Assembly (NCBI GenBank): GCA_043815805.1
Contig: JBDRIN010000076.1
Coordinates: forward strand, 1 to 42,979
Direction: 5' to 3'
Source: an archaeon
GTDB taxonomy: Archaea; Nanobdellota; Nanobdellia; Woesearchaeales; JBDRIN01
Length of the DNA stretch: 42,979 bases
The translations under genes and the position numbers were made by a program. The notes below the pieces were generated by a model. That model ran no database searches. It was given only the letters and a program-made list of their open reading frames with translations, and was not told where the DNA came from. How positions within the stretch are numbered: position 1 is the first letter of the stretch; every line of letters begins with the position of its first letter. Of this stretch, positions 23,913 to 31,323 are shown piece by piece.

Positions 23913-25172
23913 TCAAGCTGGCGGATCTTTGTAGACTTGGAATGATGTGCCTTGGCTACGTATCATCCCACACAATCTTTTGCCTTGACTATCCAGAGGG
24001 ACTATCACCGGTCCGAGTGTTGCTTCAGTAGTGGATCCTGTGTAATGATAACAATCCCCGCCAGGCTCTGTAAAACCATACGCATATGTGTATCCTAAAC
24101 ATTCATCGCCTTGGCAATAGAAGTAAAATATTCCCCTGCTGCTAAAAACAACATCTACCATCGGAGCAGGCATAAATTTTACTTTTTCTTCAAGATAGAA
24201 ACATTTATCTTCGCCAGCATCATCCCTATAATAAATGCCTGTACAAAGTGTGAATGGGGGTTCTGGCACGTTATTCAGGGGTGCTTGGCAGAAATCATTG
24301 CGGCCCATCGCCTTGTCACTACAAGACTTGCTAGAAGCCATAGTGGTATAATAACAATTATATGCCTCTTTATTGACATTTGGCCCAGGGATCGTCTCTA
24401 CTATTCTATTATTAAGGTTGAGGAATGTCTCTACTTCATTAGCATTCCCTAACTGACAATCAGCCACATCCAGAGCTATAGGAGCAAAGAAAGAATCCTG
24501 CACGATCACAAGATAAGTCTTTGAAGAATCATACCAATGGTTTTGGTCTTCGCTGCCTTCATGTCCTGCTAAGAACACTATGACATCCATCTCCAAGGTC
24601 TTGCCTATGTATCTGGATGGCGGCTTGAAGTCGAACTTAAAGACTTGGTTGGCGCAATCTTTATTTTCAAAGCGCATCCTTCTGCCTTCAGCATCTGTTA
24701 TAGAATTCTTGTCCTCGTCCATTATATAAATCGTGCATTTGCCGACATCATCTCCTTCAGCCTCTACAAAGACTTTTAATGTCGTATCTTTCATGGCTTT
24801 GAGTTGGAGGGTGCTGCCAGATATGGGGATAAGGGTGTCTTCTCCATGATAGACATTTATGCCTTCGCTTATCTCAAGTTCACCTGGAGAGATAGTGCCG
24901 TCATCCTCAGAATCATCCTCATATGGCTCTCGGCCTAAGCAGCACACTTCCTCTGGATTGTTGCAGTCCCATGGAGCTTGGACCTCAGAAGGATGGCATC
25001 CTTCATCTCGGGGGATACATCTGCCATGGTGCACTTTCTCGCAGTCCTTGGTCTTCCTGACAGGTCCTATGCCCATCCCTATGAGAAGGCCTACCAGAAC
25101 AAGTATAACTAAGAGAATCATAATCAATTCTGCGATCAGCCCGATGCCTTCATTTGCTCTCTTATTCATCAT
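23913..25172 (-). CDS. Class-III-signal pilin-like protein with a six-Cys module, 419 aa
   Basis: MMNKRANEGIGLIAELIMILLVILVLVGLLIG, then CEKVHHGRCIPRDEGCHPSEVQAPWDCNNPEEVCC. Confidence 0.7.
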   Translation of the reverse strand: MMNKRANEGIGLIAELIMILLVILVLVGLLIGMGIGPVRKTKDCEKVHHGRCIPRDEGCHPSEVQAPWDCNNPEEVCCLGREPYEDDSEDDGTISPGELEISEGINVYHGEDTLIPISGSTLQLKAMKDTTLKVFVEAEGDDVGKCTIYIMDEDKNSITDAEGRRMRFENKDCANQVFKFDFKPPSRYIGKTLEMDVIVFLAGHEGSEDQNHWYDSSKTYLVIVQDSFFAPIALDVADCQLGNANEVETFLNLNNRIVETIPGPNVNKEAYNCYYTTMASSKSCSDKAMGRNDFCQAPLNNVPEPPFTLCTGIYYRDDAGEDKCFYLEEKVKFMPAPMVDVVFSSRGIFYFYCQGDECLGYTYAYGFTEPGGDCYHYTGSTTEATLGPVIVPLDSQGKRLCGMIRSQGTSFQVYKDPPA

Positions 25173-25175
25173 GAT

Positions 25176-25433
25176 CTATGTGCCCAGGGAGATTATCTTG
25201 CAGCATTTTTCCGGATGACAGGACGTTTGTGCTTCTGGATTATTTACCGGTTCACATTGTGTGTTTGTGTTTGTACAATAACCTCCTTCAGAGATGCATT
25301 TGGTTCCATCACCATACTGGTTTGTTGATCGGACTATCATAATCACAACTACAATCACAACCAAGAGCAGAATCACTATTGTGATTACAGTTGATAAGGC
25401 CATTTCAACGCCTTTCTTGTTTATCATGATCAC
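25176..25433 (-). CDS. Small pilin-like protein (85 aa): class-III signal, helix and six-Cys head
   Basis: MIMINKKGVEMALSTVITIVILLLVVIVVVIMIV, then CISEGGYCTNTNTQCEPVNNPEAQTSCHPEKCC. There is an ATGA overlap with the upstream paralog. Confidence 0.75.
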   Translation of the reverse strand: MIMINKKGVEMALSTVITIVILLLVVIVVVIMIVRSTNQYGDGTKCISEGGYCTNTNTQCEPVNNPEAQTSCHPEKCCKIISLGT

Positions 25434-25696
25434 TCCGTAGGGGCTGTGCCCAATCTAACGCAGCATTTCTGATCTGCGAGGCATCCTCCTCTTTCTCCTG
25501 CTTGGGCTATGTTGTTGATCTCTGTGCCTGACAAGCATTCTGATTTACAGTCTCCACCTATGCCTCGACAACCAGTCCCATCGCTGACTTGGCCTCCTGA
25601 CCTCAATATCAGCACTGCCAGAATGATAAGAACTAGCAGAGCAATTGCAGCTATAATTATCACGTTTACGCTTATGCCTTGACCTCTTTTTAACAT
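25430..25696 (-). CDS. Small pilin-like protein (88 aa): class-III signal, helix and six-Cys head
   Basis: MLKRGQGISVNVIIIAAIALLVLIILAVLIL, then CRGIGGDCKSECLSGTEINNIAQAGERGGCLADQKCC. Strong SD GGAGGTG sits 7 nt upstream. Confidence 0.75.
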   Translation of the reverse strand: MLKRGQGISVNVIIIAAIALLVLIILAVLILRSGGQVSDGTGCRGIGGDCKSECLSGTEINNIAQAGERGGCLADQKCCVRLGTAPTE

Positions 25697-25705
25697 TGTT
25701 TTTCA

Positions 25706-25754
25706 CCTCCGTGTTATACTCGGAGGAACCAGAAACTTTGTTTCTCAGTTCCTC
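25706..25754 (-). promoter_or_regulatory. 5' leader with two mutually exclusive hairpins; one pairs the SD with an anti-SD
   Basis: Minus-strand RNA: GAGGAAC-UG-AGAAAC-AAA-GUUUCU-G-GUUCCUC-CG-AGUAUAACA-CGGAGG-UGAAAAACA-AUG. Hairpin A has 7+6 bp (25723-25754). Hairpin B pairs CCUCCG with CGGAGG (25706-25726). The bases CCUC are shared by both. Confidence 0.5.
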
Positions 25755-25802
25755 ATGATTTATCAATACAACTATTTATATACTAATCCTGGTATAAGGG
25801 GT

Positions 25803-25814
25803 ATATAAAGTTTT
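25803..25814 (-). promoter_or_regulatory. BRE/TATA promoter (minus-strand AAACTTTATATA) for the small-pilin transcription unit
   Basis: It is the same word as the thpR promoter. It lies in the 137-nt gap, ~110 nt upstream of ATG 25696. A second TATA-like gtatataaat lies at 25775-25784. Confidence 0.45.
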
Positions 25815-25833
25815 TGGAAACTTCAAAGATCAT

Positions 25834-26463
25834 CTAATCATTTTCCAGGCATTCGCCTGTTTCATTGTCAAAATAGCATGTCGGTTTGTCCATCTCCCTG
25901 AACTCATCATTGCATACTTCGCACTGGGCCTTTGTTATCAAGTATTCATTCTCATCAAATTTTTGGTGCTGGGTAGCCTGTAAGTCTATGCAGTGTGCCC
26001 CTCCTGTGTTGTCCTCGAACTTGCAATGCAGGCATTCGTCTGGTCCTGGTCCCTTGTGCACAAAGCAGTATCCTTTCTCGTAGCAATGTTTCGCTTCAAA
26101 CCACCATTTGAAAAAGTGCCTGTCTTGGATTTCCTCACACGCTGCCATCTGGGATTCCAAGCTCTCCTCCCCTTCTGCGTTGAAACAACTTAAGTCACAT
26201 TTATCTGTGTCGCTATTTATTGTCAAGCAGAAACCTATAGGGTACTCCTTATTTCTCATCTCGCATATGCTTAGCCTGCCTATCTCCTCTCCTTTGTCCT
26301 TGTTCCTGCAGAGATAGAAGCTTCCCTGGCTGCATTCTTTGTCCTCTAATCCCAAAAGGCCTGGCAAATCTTTAAAAAGGCCTGCTCTTATGGGCTCTAC
26401 AAAGGCAACTAAGATTACAAATATGAGGATGACTGTGATTATTATCTGGGTCAGTGTCTGCAT
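25834..26463 (-). CDS. N-terminally anchored Cys-rich protein, 209 aa (no clear K-G cleavage motif)
   Basis: MQTLTQIIITVILIFVILVAFVEP, then a Cys-rich ectodomain (ECSQGSFYLCRNKD...CHCKFEDNTGGAHCIDL...CEVCNDEF...CYFDNETGEC). SD gagagg sits ~7 nt upstream. Confidence 0.6.
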   Translation of the reverse strand: MQTLTQIIITVILIFVILVAFVEPIRAGLFKDLPGLLGLEDKECSQGSFYLCRNKDKGEEIGRLSICEMRNKEYPIGFCLTINSDTDKCDLSCFNAEGEESLESQMAACEEIQDRHFFKWWFEAKHCYEKGYCFVHKGPGPDECLHCKFEDNTGGAHCIDLQATQHQKFDENEYLITKAQCEVCNDEFREMDKPTCYFDNETGECLEND

Positions 26464-26475
26464 ATCAAAACCTCT

Positions 26476-26607
26476 CTATCCACCAGGGAACAGGGTGTGG
26501 AATGCTTTGGCAACCTGCGGTGTTGCTGCTAATATTATTGCAACGATTATCACAACTATAAGCAGCTTCATCCAAATGTTCAATTGTCCTTTCTTGGATT
26601 GTATCAT
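26476..26607 (-). CDS. 43-aa minimal ('headless') class-III-signal pilin; below the ORF-track size cut-off
   Basis: Own translation: MIQSKKGQLNIWMKLLIVVIIVAIILAATPQVAKAFHTLFPGG*. It has the same KKGQ motif as its neighbours. TATA-like aaatatat lies ~30 nt upstream and overlaps the previous stop. Confidence 0.55.
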   Translation of the reverse strand: MIQSKKGQLNIWMKLLIVVIIVAIILAATPQVAKAFHTLFPGG

Positions 26608-26640
26608 TTTATCCTGATTAACTCATGGAAGAGCATATAT

Positions 26641-27552
26641 TTAAGTGTTTGCCTCTGCCTGGCTCACAGGGATGTATGTACAGTTCAATTCCACCAAGGT
26701 ATTTTCAGTCCATGGAAGTATTGTCGTGCCTGCCAGGCGGGCTTGCAGCCCTTCCTGGCGGAGTATTAACGTGGCTACAGTCAAGCCGACAGCAGAGACT
26801 CCTGCAACTATCAATCCTGCCGGACCAAAAGCCGGAGATGAAGACATCATAGAAGTCAGCAAGGCAGTGACTGTCCATCCACCAGCCACTATGGCGCTTC
26901 CGACAAACAGTTTCTCTGCGAAGTCATGTATTGCAGTCTCTCCTTTCACATAAAAAAAGATGACTGCCTGGTCCTCTGAGGTGTCTATGGAGGTGATTTT
27001 CAGGTCTTCCAACACTCCTTCTTTCTCCCCGACCACTTTCTCGAAACTCTCTGTGCTGTAAGGAGAGAGATAATCTATTATCTTAGGATCCTGGCGCTCA
27101 TAGGTAGATATCTTCTTGGCCACATCAGAAACCTTGTGGGTCTCTAGATATTCTACATAATCATCTATCTTAGCACTGCGCCCCTTGAACTCGTTCACAT
27201 AGCAGACATGGCAGAAAACGCCTTCGTCTTCTGGGAAAAGATTCTCTTCGCCTTTTGCCCATTGGTGCCAGCAAAGCACTTGTTCCTGGGCAAGCTTTGC
27301 TTTTATGTTCATCTTGTCGCTGCCGCTCATGTCGACGTATTGAGTCGGGCACACTATGGGCTCTGGAGGCAAGAAAAGCCTTATGGTATTGATATGTGAT
27401 TGTATGCTCTCTGTGCATTTCAAGTCTGCAATCTCAGTGGTCTGGGCATTTCTCACCATTATTATGACAAAGACTATTACGACCAGTACAACGGCTGCCA
27501 GCACGATAGCTCCCAGTTCATCCATCTGTCCTTTTTTTGTTTTCTTGCTCAT
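26641..27552 (-). CDS. Class-III-signal protein with two additional C-terminal TM helices, 303 aa
   Basis: MSKKTKKGQMDELGAIVLAAVVLVVIVFVIIMV. The C-terminus is LFVGSAIVAGGWTVTALLTSMM...GPAGLIVAGVSAVGLTVATLIL. It shares the LCW.Q..G / C.VC motif with the upstream paralog. Confidence 0.65.
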   Translation of the reverse strand: MSKKTKKGQMDELGAIVLAAVVLVVIVFVIIMVRNAQTTEIADLKCTESIQSHINTIRLFLPPEPIVCPTQYVDMSGSDKMNIKAKLAQEQVLCWHQWAKGEENLFPEDEGVFCHVCYVNEFKGRSAKIDDYVEYLETHKVSDVAKKISTYERQDPKIIDYLSPYSTESFEKVVGEKEGVLEDLKITSIDTSEDQAVIFFYVKGETAIHDFAEKLFVGSAIVAGGWTVTALLTSMMSSSPAFGPAGLIVAGVSAVGLTVATLILRQEGLQARLAGTTILPWTENTLVELNCTYIPVSQAEANT

Positions 27553-27579
27553 TTTAAGCCATTGTTTTAAGTTATGATT

Positions 27580-28470
27580 TTAAGCTATGAATTGATCGCA
27601 TTGCTCATGCAATTTGTCTGCATCTAAGACATAAGAGAAGATAGTACTCACTTCTGGGTCGTCAAGGCCTTGCCTGGCCAAGAAAATCACATATCTTTTT
27701 CCTGTCTCGAATTTCACGTCGAGCTCTACAGGGGCTCTGACTATGAAAAAAATCTGCCCATCGTCTCCGTGGAGCTGCAGCCCTCTTCCTCCTTCTGCGT
27801 ATCCTTCAAAACAGTTGGGATCTCCGCGGTATATGCTTGCACAGATGTGATCGTCGTCTGTCAAGTAATCATAGAGTGTCATCTCTATCTTTGGATTCTT
27901 GGTCGTCTGTATATATTCCCAAAACCCTTCGTACTTGGTGTCTAAACCAAAGCTTTGGTGGTCAAAACTTATCTCGTCGCAGACAAAACACACTTTCTCA
28001 TTGCCCATCCAGTCAAACAATGCTTTGTTGAATATGTCAAGTTTTCCCTCGTGGAATTGGTACCAGCATAGCCTTATCTCGTTGGATATGACATAATAGA
28101 CCATGTTCTCTGTCAGCGCGTCAAAGTCCTTGACAACTTCTCCATTATGTAGTATAGGATATTTCTGTTCTTCATCAGCGAACCGCACAGACACTTGTTC
28201 ATCTTGGAATTCTATAAGATAACGTGCACAATCAATATCAAATAAGGATTGCCTTCGGTTGATCATCTGGAGCCAGTTGCCGCCTGTGCCTCTTGTTGAT
28301 GCTTGTGTCAGCACAGATTGCCTGCAGACTGTCCTCTCTATGCCTGTATCTGTCGGAGAATTCATTATGGCCTGTATCCAGACCCACATAGACAGCAGGA
28401 CTACGGCGATGATTAGGAATATGACTAGTCTTCCAAATGTTTCTATGGCCATACCTCTTTTTGTTCTCAT
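27580..28470 (-). CDS. Class-III-signal protein, 296 aa, paralog of 26641..27552
   Basis: MRTKRGMAIETFGRLVIFLIIAVVLLSMWVW. It also has EIRLCWYQFHEGKLDIF...EKVCFVCDEISF...FWEYIQTTK. Confidence 0.65.
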   Translation of the reverse strand: MRTKRGMAIETFGRLVIFLIIAVVLLSMWVWIQAIMNSPTDTGIERTVCRQSVLTQASTRGTGGNWLQMINRRQSLFDIDCARYLIEFQDEQVSVRFADEEQKYPILHNGEVVKDFDALTENMVYYVISNEIRLCWYQFHEGKLDIFNKALFDWMGNEKVCFVCDEISFDHQSFGLDTKYEGFWEYIQTTKNPKIEMTLYDYLTDDDHICASIYRGDPNCFEGYAEGGRGLQLHGDDGQIFFIVRAPVELDVKFETGKRYVIFLARQGLDDPEVSTIFSYVLDADKLHEQCDQFIA

Positions 28471-28471
28471 T

Positions 28472-28567
28472 TTAACTTGCTGGCATCAATGAACGTGCAA
28501 TAACAATTATCACGACCATTACAATAATAGCACTAACTACGGCTAATAACACTCTTATGACTGACAT
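28472..28567 (-). CDS. Possible leaderless 31-aa single-TM micro-protein
   Basis: MSVIRVLLAVVSAIIVMVVIIVIARSLMPAS*. TATA tttataaa (28590-28597) is centred 27 nt upstream of ATG 28567. The stop lies 1 nt before the next gene's ATG. Confidence 0.3.
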   Translation of the reverse strand: MSVIRVLLAVVSAIIVMVVIIVIARSLMPAS

Positions 28568-28589
28568 GGTTAAAAACTGAGAAATTAGA

Positions 28590-28597
28590 TTTATAAA
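28590..28597 (-). promoter_or_regulatory. Palindromic TATA box (tttataaa) downstream of the hairpin block
   Basis: Read directly. The spacing to ATG 28567 fits a leaderless start. Confidence 0.35.
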
Positions 28598-28599
28598 TG

Positions 28600-28721
28600 T
28601 TTTGCTTAAAATAAGCAAAACGTTGAGAACCTTTGGTTTCGAAGAAACCAAAGTCAAGGAACGAACAAAGTGAGTAACAGAGGAGCATAGCAAAGTGAAC
28701 AAATGTTTTGATTTTGTTCAC
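28600..28721 (-). terminator. Three consecutive perfect stem-loops directly after the stop of 28724..29224
   Basis: gtgaacaaa-N9-tttgttcac (28695-28721, 9 bp). ctttggtttc-gaa-gaaaccaaag (28631-28653, 10 bp). ttttgctta-aaa-taagcaaaa (28600-28620, 9 bp). Confidence 0.5.
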
Positions 28722-28723
28722 AC

Positions 28724-29224
28724 TTATTGCCTGCAAACCCTCAGCGTCGTGATTATGGGCGTGCTGCTGTCTGGATACAGGGATATAGGCTGGAAACCTG
28801 TGGCTTCTGCAGGGGTGAACTTGTCGCAATTGCCTGTGCTCTTATTATATCCTACCGTGCCATGTTTTACAGTGAAGATGTACTCGGTACCCCAAAAATC
28901 AAGGCTCTGCGCTGTCAGATCATCTAATGTGGCATATACAAAGTCGCAGGAAGACCAACCTGTACAATCCACCTCTCCCCGCAAAGCACAGTCTTGCAGC
29001 AATTCCTGCACATTCAGGCCTCTGCATTCTGTGGTTGTCTTCAGAGCTGCCAGTATGTAATTGGTCGCTAGCTGGGTGTCAGCGTATTCTTTTTGTGGCT
29101 CTGGCTCTGATCCGACCTGATTCACTTTGAAGCTTATGAAAAAGAGCATTATTATGGCAACTAAGACGACTATGACTGCAAGGCCCATCATTTCCATCTG
29201 TCCTTTTCTTCTTATGTTTCTCAT
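28724..29224 (-). CDS. Class-III-signal pilin-like protein, 166 aa
   Basis: MRNIRRKGQMEMMGLAVIVVLVAIIMLFFISF, with the ectodomain stretch TTECRGLNVQELLQDCALRGEVDCTGWSSCDF. Confidence 0.7.
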   Translation of the reverse strand: MRNIRRKGQMEMMGLAVIVVLVAIIMLFFISFKVNQVGSEPEPQKEYADTQLATNYILAALKTTTECRGLNVQELLQDCALRGEVDCTGWSSCDFVYATLDDLTAQSLDFWGTEYIFTVKHGTVGYNKSTGNCDKFTPAEATGFQPISLYPDSSTPIITTLRVCRQ

Positions 29225-29260
29225 AGTATCTGTCCGTCTCCTCTTCTTGCCATTGTCATC

Positions 29261-29791
29261 TTAGCTGTATGCTTCCACTCTCAAGACTCCGAACGCTTTG
29301 GTGTCGTTTATGCCATCATATATATTGATTGGTATCAAGATGGCTTTTGTATCTTGGGCTGCTGTGAAATTATTATCATATACTGTATAGTTCCTCTTCT
29401 TTGGATAGAGCTGTTCCACTGTTATTCTTGAGTTTCCTAGCAGACTCCTGTAGTAGAAGAATGCTTTGCTGCCGGCGCCTTCACCCACAGAGTCCTGCAG
29501 AGCTATGATTTTGTATTTGTCCACACAGTTTATGTCAATGACTTTCTGCTGGGAACATAATAGTTCTGGCATGTTGGATACTGCGTTGGCCAGCTTGACA
29601 GCGTCGAATTGGTTGAATTGCTCTGTATCTTGTTCTATCTCCAGATACTTCACGCGGCTATAGAAAGTGAGGCCAAAGAATATCATTATGGTTATGATCA
29701 CTATGACTGCTATGGATTCTCCCATCTGGATCTGGGCTTTCTGTCCAATCTTTCCTGTCTTTCCTGTCTTTTTCACTTTTTTATTGTTCAT
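29261..29791 (-). CDS. Class-III-signal pilin-like protein, 176 aa
   Basis: MNNKKVKKTGKTGKIGQKAQIQMGESIAVIVIITIMIFFGLTF. Confidence 0.65.
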   Translation of the reverse strand: MNNKKVKKTGKTGKIGQKAQIQMGESIAVIVIITIMIFFGLTFYSRVKYLEIEQDTEQFNQFDAVKLANAVSNMPELLCSQQKVIDINCVDKYKIIALQDSVGEGAGSKAFFYYRSLLGNSRITVEQLYPKKRNYTVYDNNFTAAQDTKAILIPINIYDGINDTKAFGVLRVEAYS

Positions 29792-29792
29792 T

Positions 29793-30821
29793 TTAGTAAA
29801 TCAATGCGCATCTGTGGCCTCTTACAAGGTCTTCGTTGGCTCGCTGCAAGGTCTGTGCTCCGTCATATACCTTGGCCAAATCATCCATGCCAGGGTCATC
29901 AAAATTAATCCCTGCTATGTTAGCAAAGGATATCAAAGGAGAAGCATACCGGGGTTTGCAAGGATCCAAAGCAGGCAATCGTCTTTCTATCTCTTTTATC
30001 CTATCTTTGTTGAGCTTGTTGGCTATCTCAAACCGCTTCATGGCTTTCTTGAAGGTGCAATCATAGAACTCTCTATCCTCTGAAAATATCGCCCCGTAGA
30101 GCAAAGGCAGGCCTAAATAGAGTGATTCGCTTGGAGAGCCGAATCCCAGCCCTGTGGTAAAAGTGACTTTTCCATAGCTACCTAATATGTTTGGAGGATC
30201 ATTAGGGGTTATCTTTATCCCATAGACATTGTCTCCAGGCAGACTATTAGCAATCCCTTGGACATCCGCATCAGAGAAATAGATGAAGACGTGCCTTCCA
30301 TAATCTGTCCTTGGAACTGCAGAAGTCACAAACTCTACTGTGACATTTTTGGGGAATCCCTTGTAGAGGGTCTCTGCTCTTGAACCTGTATCGTTTACAA
30401 AATAGAACTTGGTGTCTGGTGTTGTCAAGTAAAGGAAAGGTGCAACTTTGTAAGGTGTGTTCCAGTCAAGACTCCAAGTATATAATGTCCTGTGACGTAT
30501 CACACTCGTCGCAAAGATGATGCTATAGGTGAGGTCCTGCTCATAACCGTCTCCGACTATCAGCTTGGAATAAGTGTCCTCGCACGTGAATCCCATCTTC
30601 ATGTCAGGCATGCTTATCTTCTGCAATGTCCCCGGGCTTCTCTCGCTTGCAGAGAGTATCGGATCGAGATGTCTTAAAAAACTGACTGCCAGCTCCACAT
30701 CAGCGTTCTGCTCTTGATGCCTTGATGTAGTTAAAAAAAAAGCGATTATAACAACGCCGACTATCAAGATGAATATCCAGTTGAACTGTGCTGCTATTAT
30801 CCCTTTCTTGCTGTGCTTCAT
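29793..30821 (-). CDS. Class-III-signal protein, 342 aa
   Basis: MKHSKKGIIAAQFNWIFILIVGVVIIAFFL. There is a 1-nt gap to the next gene. Confidence 0.65.
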   Translation of the reverse strand: MKHSKKGIIAAQFNWIFILIVGVVIIAFFLTTSRHQEQNADVELAVSFLRHLDPILSASERSPGTLQKISMPDMKMGFTCEDTYSKLIVGDGYEQDLTYSIIFATSVIRHRTLYTWSLDWNTPYKVAPFLYLTTPDTKFYFVNDTGSRAETLYKGFPKNVTVEFVTSAVPRTDYGRHVFIYFSDADVQGIANSLPGDNVYGIKITPNDPPNILGSYGKVTFTTGLGFGSPSESLYLGLPLLYGAIFSEDREFYDCTFKKAMKRFEIANKLNKDRIKEIERRLPALDPCKPRYASPLISFANIAGINFDDPGMDDLAKVYDGAQTLQRANEDLVRGHRCALIY

Positions 30822-30836
30822 TTTTCATCTTTCATC

Positions 30837-31316
30837 TTAATAGGTCTCTATCTGGGTTGCTTTTCCTGTGCCTCTGAAAGCGACTTTGAATTTGTCAGCT
30901 GTTGCGTCTACGCATATGTATCCTGTGGACACTTGTATCTTGCCGACATACCCCACAGGCAGGGTTGTCTTTCCGACCAGGAATATGTTCTTGTACACCT
31001 TGTCTGTGACGCTGTCGTCGATGATTATGTTCCCTGAGGTGGAATTTCTGCCGTCTTTCACGAATTGGGAGTCTACAAAGCATATCTGGTCGAACTCGCA
31101 GGGTACAGGAATCAATTCCTTGTGGTAAGAGCCAAAGGTATCGTGCTTGTCTGCGAAGCTAAGGATGTCTGAGGTGAACTGGATATGTTCGACCTCGCAT
31201 CCTTGCTTGATGGTGTTTCCGATTATTCTGTAGCCCATCAATAAGATGAGCCCAACTATGACAATGGTTAGAATATAGATAAACACGTGCTGCATCTGGC
31301 CTTTTTTGGATCTCAT
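30837..31316 (-). CDS. Class-III-signal pilin-like protein, 159 aa
   Basis: MRSKKGQMQHVFIYILTIVIVGLILLMGY. Confidence 0.7.
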   Translation of the reverse strand: MRSKKGQMQHVFIYILTIVIVGLILLMGYRIIGNTIKQGCEVEHIQFTSDILSFADKHDTFGSYHKELIPVPCEFDQICFVDSQFVKDGRNSTSGNIIIDDSVTDKVYKNIFLVGKTTLPVGYVGKIQVSTGYICVDATADKFKVAFRGTGKATQIETY

Positions 31317-31323
31317 TTTGCAT

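Noticed and set aside
25545-25766. 73-aa minus-strand ORF overlapping the leader and the 88-aa pilin gene in another frame.
   Set aside because: It has a highly basic low-complexity sequence and reads through the leader hairpins and the SD. The overlapping frame has the conserved pilin signal and six-Cys pattern.
28472-28702. 76-aa minus-strand ORF spanning the intergenic gap.
   Set aside because: Its first 45 codons read through three perfect hairpins and a TATA box. Only the last 31 codons (from ATG 28567) form a plausible TM micro-ORF, and even that has low confidence.
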